In this document: piece by piece, positions 58,462-64,000 of the stretch
Layout of the letters: every line of letters begins with the position of its first letter
Numbering within the stretch: the first letter of the stretch is position 1
DNA from: Magallana gigas
Taxonomy: Eukaryota
Length of the DNA: 64,000 bases
Direction of reading: 5' to 3'
Assembly: GCF_963853765.1 (NCBI RefSeq)
Contig: NC_088858.1
Span: 41,354,001 to 41,418,000, forward strand
Notes under the pieces: generated by a model
The model's input: only the letters and a program-made list of their open reading frames with translations
What the model was told of the DNA's origin: nothing
Database searches by the model: none
Translations under genes and position numbers: made by a program

Positions 58462-61400
58462 ATTACATTTCTCAAATATTTGAAGATTATTTGACTAAAA
58501 TGTACCATATCTGATTTCTCTCCTGTATAATACATGATTAATTAAGTCATTGCCCAAAAACTAATTCTAAATCATGTTGGCCTTTTGAACTTGAGAATTT
58601 ATAAAGCGGATATGTTATTTGTTTGTTTGTGTAATATATTACACATAAACTCCTATAAATAAATAATATGCCCTCTGCATAACATTGCTCAATTGCTACC
58701 GTTTTTACAATGGTCTGAAATGTTAATCCAACGGGATTAAACAGTTGGTCTGTAATCTTGTATAAATAAACAACACAAACAATTACAAATACTATTATTT
58801 CTTAATTCCTGGGATTTATGAGGTAAATTTACATTAACACTATAAATGGCTTTCAGAAATTGTGCGTTCATGAAGTCTTTGGAAGCATATGAAATATTGA
58901 AACAAAAACTTTAAAATGAATTAATACATGAACTATGGCCCAGAAAAAGACCTGCAATACATGTAATTGTACATGTACCTGGCTTGAAGCTAACTTTTTT
59001 GTTTACAATTTCTCAGTCATTGATATTTGATTGATCACTTTAAATTTTAAAATTGATACATTTTAATAGGAATTATTTTTCATTTTATTTCTTAGCATAT
59101 AAATTAATATATATATTACTACAGTAAATCAATAGGGAAGAATTAAGAATTCAGATCTTCCCATGAATGTAAATTACATGCATTCGTTGAGACCTTGTAG
59201 ATTCTTTGAAGCATCACTTTTTTATTTATTTGAAAAATAAAATGCATTCTTTGGTGATCCATGCAGGATATGAAGCTAGCGACATTTCATAAAAAAAAAC
59301 TTAACCCGTGCTAGCGGTTTATGTAAATTTTTTATGCAATGATCGCTACGTTCTTCACGCATGAATCATCAAAGAAAGCATTGTATTGTTTATATTTACA
59401 TCTTTCATTTAACAAATTAATAAATTGATTATAAAAAGTAAGTAAAATCAACTTAATTACCGTTCATGTATATCAGTACGTTAGCTAAAAGAAATATCTC
59501 CTATGGGAATTTGAGTCACATGACGATGTCACACCATCATGATTTTTCGTGCAGTCTGTGATTTTTCTTAGATCGCTGTAGGTTTTGACCAATCGATAAA
59601 CGGGGCGTGTAGAATTCAGATCTGCAGTTTCTATAGAGCTATGAATTAACTATAAGTTTCCGTAAGATATAGAGGGAATCATACTCGGCAGATGTAAATA
59701 TTATGGGATCAATTTAAGCATTTGCTTCATTATATATTGTGGAAGTGCATATTCTTTTATTATTATCTTGTATTATATTCATTGCTATATATAATATTTA
59801 ATGTATACATATATATAGGCCTACTTTACACAATTACAGGCAGGAAACCACAAAACCTTTGAATCAAATATCATATTTTCATCACATTGTGTCCATATGT
59901 CAATCATACAAGAAACAACTTTTTCCTTTAGCAACTCATGCTTAATACCTGAATTAGTTATATTGGCAACCTTAAATCAATTTTTTTTTCCATTCGTTGA
60001 ATAATATAAATGTTACATTGTTAGATGATAGATAATTCACGGAACATCAATAACATTACTGAATTAGATTCGGAATATATATATAGTCCTTCAACCGCAA
60101 AAATGGCCGGACTTTTCCTGTATGATATACGAATCTACAATATATGCTTAGAGGTGCATTACCCATTCATTAATACTTTTGTAATCATATAAAATATAAA
60201 CTACATATTAACCTCTAAATTGAAATATAGATTACAAGTTTAATTGATATTGCCATTTATCTCATTATAGAAAAAAATGATGTAAAACAAACATTGTACT
60301 TTATAATTATATATGAAATACAAAAAGTAATTGATTTCTTTAAATAAAGTGATTAATAGATTTTAGTCCTTTAAGGGAATTAAAACCGCCATAACCCTAT
60401 CATATTACAGTTATTTTGGTGTATACATATAGTCAATGCAATTTTAACTGATATATTATTGTATAGGTAATTGAAATATTGAATTTCTGGGGTGGGATTG
60501 GGCAGGGTTGGTTAAATCACTTTCGATTTAAGGCCTCAGATTACTATTGATAAGGTTTCTTCAGACATATACTGAAGGAAATCAGTTTGATATGTCTATA
60601 TATAGATATGATGCCCAAAAAATGCATTAGATATATTCCCTTATTATTTTGACAATATATGGGCCGATATACACTTATGATTAATAATTGTAGAGAAATC
60701 TTCGAAACTTAAGGGGTTTGTTTCGTGACGCGAGGAGCGGATCAAAAACCACATTATACATTAGAGAGATTTGAACTTGAATTTTAAAACTTGATGAAGC
60801 ATTGACGGAAGTCTGTTAGAATGGAGAAGAGTTACTATAGCCTAGTCTTAACACTAAACTTCTATCAAAGCTGCACTATTAGAAGTAAATGAGCTTAAGG
60901 TAGAGTCTGCACTGTTTACAACAATTAACCTAGTGCCTGAATCATGTTTTTAGCATGTTAAACAAGTTATGATATTTTTTGCAAATTAAAGCCTGAATCT
61001 GGAAATAAAAAAATTAACTTATCACTTAAGAAACTATAAAAGCCAATTGTGATTATAGCCTAGTTTGCTTCTTTCCTGATGAGTTTCAACGATAAATTGT
61101 ATAAAAATGAAGATAAAATAGAAAAAATACTGCGTAAGCACAGCGGATAGTTTGCTATGAAACAGGTATATTATTAATATAAATTCACTGTTGACTGCGC
61201 TCCGTATAAGGACTGAGAGACTGTTCTACTACAAGATCCTCTTACCATCTCCATCATCAACTATACATGCTTGGTGTTTGGCTATCAAAATCAATGTATT
61301 CAAGATGAAATATTTCAAATTTTTAATTTTAATTTGAAAAACTAAACACTTTCCTTTTTCACGAGTTGCTTGTGCTAAGACTAGATCCCCAAACTCTTGA

Positions 61401-63145
61401 AAGAAAATATTTGGGTTCAAAGCTGAGTCGAGGTAAGTTTGAATTTCCCTTTTATATAACTTGAATCAAGTTGAGTATAATCTATAAATAAATTCAACTC
61501 TTTCAGAATAATTCCAATAGCTAATATTTCAGTCTTGTCTATCTGTACTAGACATGCATAACTATGAACATATCCCATTATTTACTTAATAATGATTTAA
61601 AAAAGGAGAGAGGAAACGAGAACAAATTTAAATACATATTGTAAAATAAAAAAATGTTTCTAGTCCAAAGTTGCTCAAAAGTGCATTATCAACAAACGAC
61701 ACAAGCCACCCATCTTACTATCAAAATATCTACACCTCTATTAACCCTGGACAAAACGTTTCTCTCACCCCAATCAAAATCCCCATAGTGACAAAACTAG
61801 ATATCAAAACCAACGAGACCTTCACTGTCCTGACGACCATTTCCGAAATAAAGAACTTCAGTGATCCCTGCATAGTATTGAAATGGATATAGTTGCAAAT
61901 GAAAAATGAGATTTAATTAAAGGTAGTTATTTGTAAATGTCATTAAAATATAAAACATTTGAGCTGATATAGTGTTTGTTCTCATCACATTGGCTACATG
62001 GTATAATCAACAAGGATCAACAAGGAACGTGTAAGGGCAGAAATTATATATTGATTTAAATATAGACAATATAAATTGCTAGCACAGGCCATTTATTGTA
62101 ATTTCAGATAGCTCACAACTGTCAGAACAAAATGACAGCAAGATTTTGATATCTGCAAAGGGTGCTTCTCACAATTTTACTGGGATAGTGACTCCTCGCA
62201 TGTATTAAGTCCTTATAAGGACTTTAAATCTGAAGACACAGAGTAACACTCTTTAAATACAAATAACGACCTTGATCACTCAACATTTCAAAGGTAGAAA
62301 TTTACGACCTTGACCTACCAGTGGCCCAGTGTGTAGGGGTGTGTAGTTCACTGTCCAGACTCCTGATATCCGCCCCTTTAGCGAGCAGGAGTTTGAGTAA
62401 AGGCACATTTCCACTGATCACCGACATGTGGAGGGGCGTGAACCCTTGTGAGTCCTTGACCTCCAACAAGCTGGGGTCTTTGGCCAGTAACATTTCCGCA
62501 CACTGTGTCTCCAGATTGTCTGCGCAGTAATGTAGCGCTGTTCTTCCATTATCATCTTTGGTTGATATTGGAGCCTGTGGAAATTATACATACACAGTGA
62601 TATAAGAGTTAATTATTAAACCATTCATTCTAAATGTCATTGACCATCAAGTAAGTTGTAAAATCTAACAGACTACCGTAAAAATCCTGTATAATACTCC
62701 CATTGCAACATGCTAGTATAACCTTCTAGAATATCTATAAAGGCAGTTACGCTAGCCCTTATTTATACTTTACAAAATATCACTGAACTGTTGGTTCATA
62801 CAAGCCTGTGACACATATTTCCAAACAATATATATATGAGCTATACATGAATCTATATGAATAAATTGATAGCTGAGAAAGTAAACTATAGTTCTATAGA
62901 AAAATGAGAGCTGAGATAAACTCACTCCTTGATCTATGAGTTCCTTCAGCTGCTGTGAGTTCCCGCTCTGACAGGCCGATATGACAGGAGTGACTCCATC
63001 GTCCGTTTCCTGTTCCATGATATGGTCCGGAAACGTCCCGTAGTGTTTAATGACCCTCTGGAAATACCGGGGGTCCTTGATAGCACAAATCCGATGGAGA
63101 GCTGTTTTCCCACGATAATCCCCCTGGTCTAAACTTGGATTATAC
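45193..63145 (-). CDS. Large ankyrin-repeat protein (invertebrate inversin-like type) with a very long Lys/Glu-rich region; 5' partial, at least 1898 aa
   Basis: Phase-consistent exons: 63145-62926, 62574-62319, 57483-57247, 56925-56851, 56729-56534, 56282-56149, 55542-55376, 53130-49632, 49085-49036, 48929-48834, 48745-48525, 48345-48206, 47771-47562, 45389-45193 (TGA). Thirteen ankyrin repeats (GKTALH, GVTPVI, GRTALH, GFTPLH, LHTPTH, NAYPIH, GRQPLL, GLSALH, SCTPLF, GRTPSH, GDFPIH, GRTCLH, SYTPYD). From memory, HWATVCG, YPIHYAAQM, QPLLWAASAG, LHCAASRGH and LFYAVTLG match the insect/nematode inversin-like ankyrin family. No IQ motifs seen, so no gene symbol given. Confidence 0.92.
45620..45821. 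repeat. Exact 99-bp tandem duplication in the last intron of the ankyrin gene
   Basis: gcatgaaaactcatgcatt...ttattatttgag starts at 45620 and at 45719, identical copies. Confidence 0.95.
50482..50577 (-). repeat. Coding 21-bp minisatellite (SQTEDRH-type heptapeptide, about 4.5 copies)
   Basis: HSQSEDRHSQTEDRHSQTEDRHSQTEGRQSQTK in the long ankyrin-gene exon. Confidence 0.9.
52648..52872 (-). repeat. Coding KEEEKK(K/Q) heptad repeat tract
   Basis: KKEEEKKKKEEELKTKKEEEKKKKEEEKKQKEEEKKKKEEEKKQKEEEKKQKEEEKNQKEQE. Confidence 0.9.
58379..58458. repeat. (GA)n microsatellite, about 40 units
   Basis: Direct reading. Confidence 0.98.
59225..59703. mobile_element. Fold-back non-autonomous element (about 150-bp imperfect palindrome plus tail)
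   Basis: Arms aataaaatgcattctttggtgatccatgc / gcatgaatcatcaaagaaagcattgtatt (59237-59387); the tail is homologous to 26430-26738. Confidence 0.6.
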
Positions 63146-64000
63146 CTGTAAGTGATATTACGGTGTAGATTAGGCCTGTTATGTCTTTAACACATGACAT
63201 GATGTATAATAAATATGACTGTTTGTTCTTCTGCGAACTCAGCAAACTGTTCAACATAGCAATCATGAGAAGGACTTTGCAAGAGACAAAGTCAGTTGGT
63301 GGTCACTGTACTTGCATACCTTTATGATTATTTACAACTTCTGTGCACAGGCATAGCTACCTGGAAATGTACAAAATCTACCCTGGATTCCATTAATTTG
63401 AATAAAGCACTCTCTGAAGTGCCCTGTCATCTTGGATTTCTTTGATAATGTCTCTGCCTTTCACAACTTTTTTAAACAACCCCATCGACAACAAACGAAA
63501 ATGCTTGATTAAGATTGTTAACAAAAGAATACCAGCATTCAAGCTAAAATAAAGCGTGGATTTGGAATCTGAATATCATCACCATATAAAAAATACTTGT
63601 CATAAATCATTTTTTTAAAACCATCAGTGTTTAAATACGACAGCTCTCATTATTGCTAGGAGCTATGAAGCAGAAAGCCTTGAATGCACTTTACACAATG
63701 AATGAAAGGACTTTTAATTATCAAGTTTGGACCGATTTGATTTTAATAAAGCTTCATGTAAAAAAAATTGTACATGAAGAAAAATCTCAAGCTCATTTCT
63801 CATTTTGCTCTAAAAATTGTACCAATACAACCATGCATTCGGCATTATTGGAATGTGTTATAATCATAACTGGTCAAAGTTGATTTTCCAGTTATAGAAC
63901 AAGCAACATTTTCAACGTGGCTGCATTTTTTAAATACACATATAACAATAAATGCTAAATTTCATAATGCAAACAGGTCCCACCTTCCTAGTATGCTTAA

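Noticed and set aside
45193-63145. Calling the ankyrin gene INVS (inversin)
   Set aside because: No IQ motifs seen, the C-terminus is unlike vertebrate inversin, and orthology cannot be established without a phylogeny.

Overview
AT-rich, intron-rich eukaryotic DNA. The repeat landscape suggests a bivalve, probably an oyster (inference). I reconstructed eight protein-coding genes by hand, checking GT/AG splice sites and exon phases. (1) NVL (nuclear VCP-like AAA+ ATPase) on the + strand: 20 exons, 113-19323, 5' end outside the window, with one GC-AG intron. (2, 3) Two copies of a small 133-aa gene nested antisense inside the 9.25-kb NVL intron. Their coding exons differ at only 9 of 402 nt, all third codon positions and 8 of them synonymous, while their introns are almost unalignable. 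(4-6) A tandem minus-strand cluster of three CARD/death-fold + linker + long coiled-coil genes (about 437, 442 and 461 aa). They share a CARD exon / phase-1-to-0 micro-exon / coiled-coil exon architecture and look like a CARD9-type immune adaptor family; a decayed fourth copy is possible. (7) An intronless 463-aa basic, disordered orphan ORF. (8) A large ankyrin-repeat gene on the - strand (14 exons in window, 45193-63145, 5' partial, 13 ankyrin repeats) with a 3.5-kb Lys/Glu-rich exon. The rest is non-autonomous DNA transposons (MITEs, Helentron-like elements, ~150-bp fold-back elements), microsatellites, local tandem duplications and a 140-N assembly gap. I found no rRNA, tRNA or CRISPR array. 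All gene models and counts are manual and need RNA-seq or HMM confirmation.
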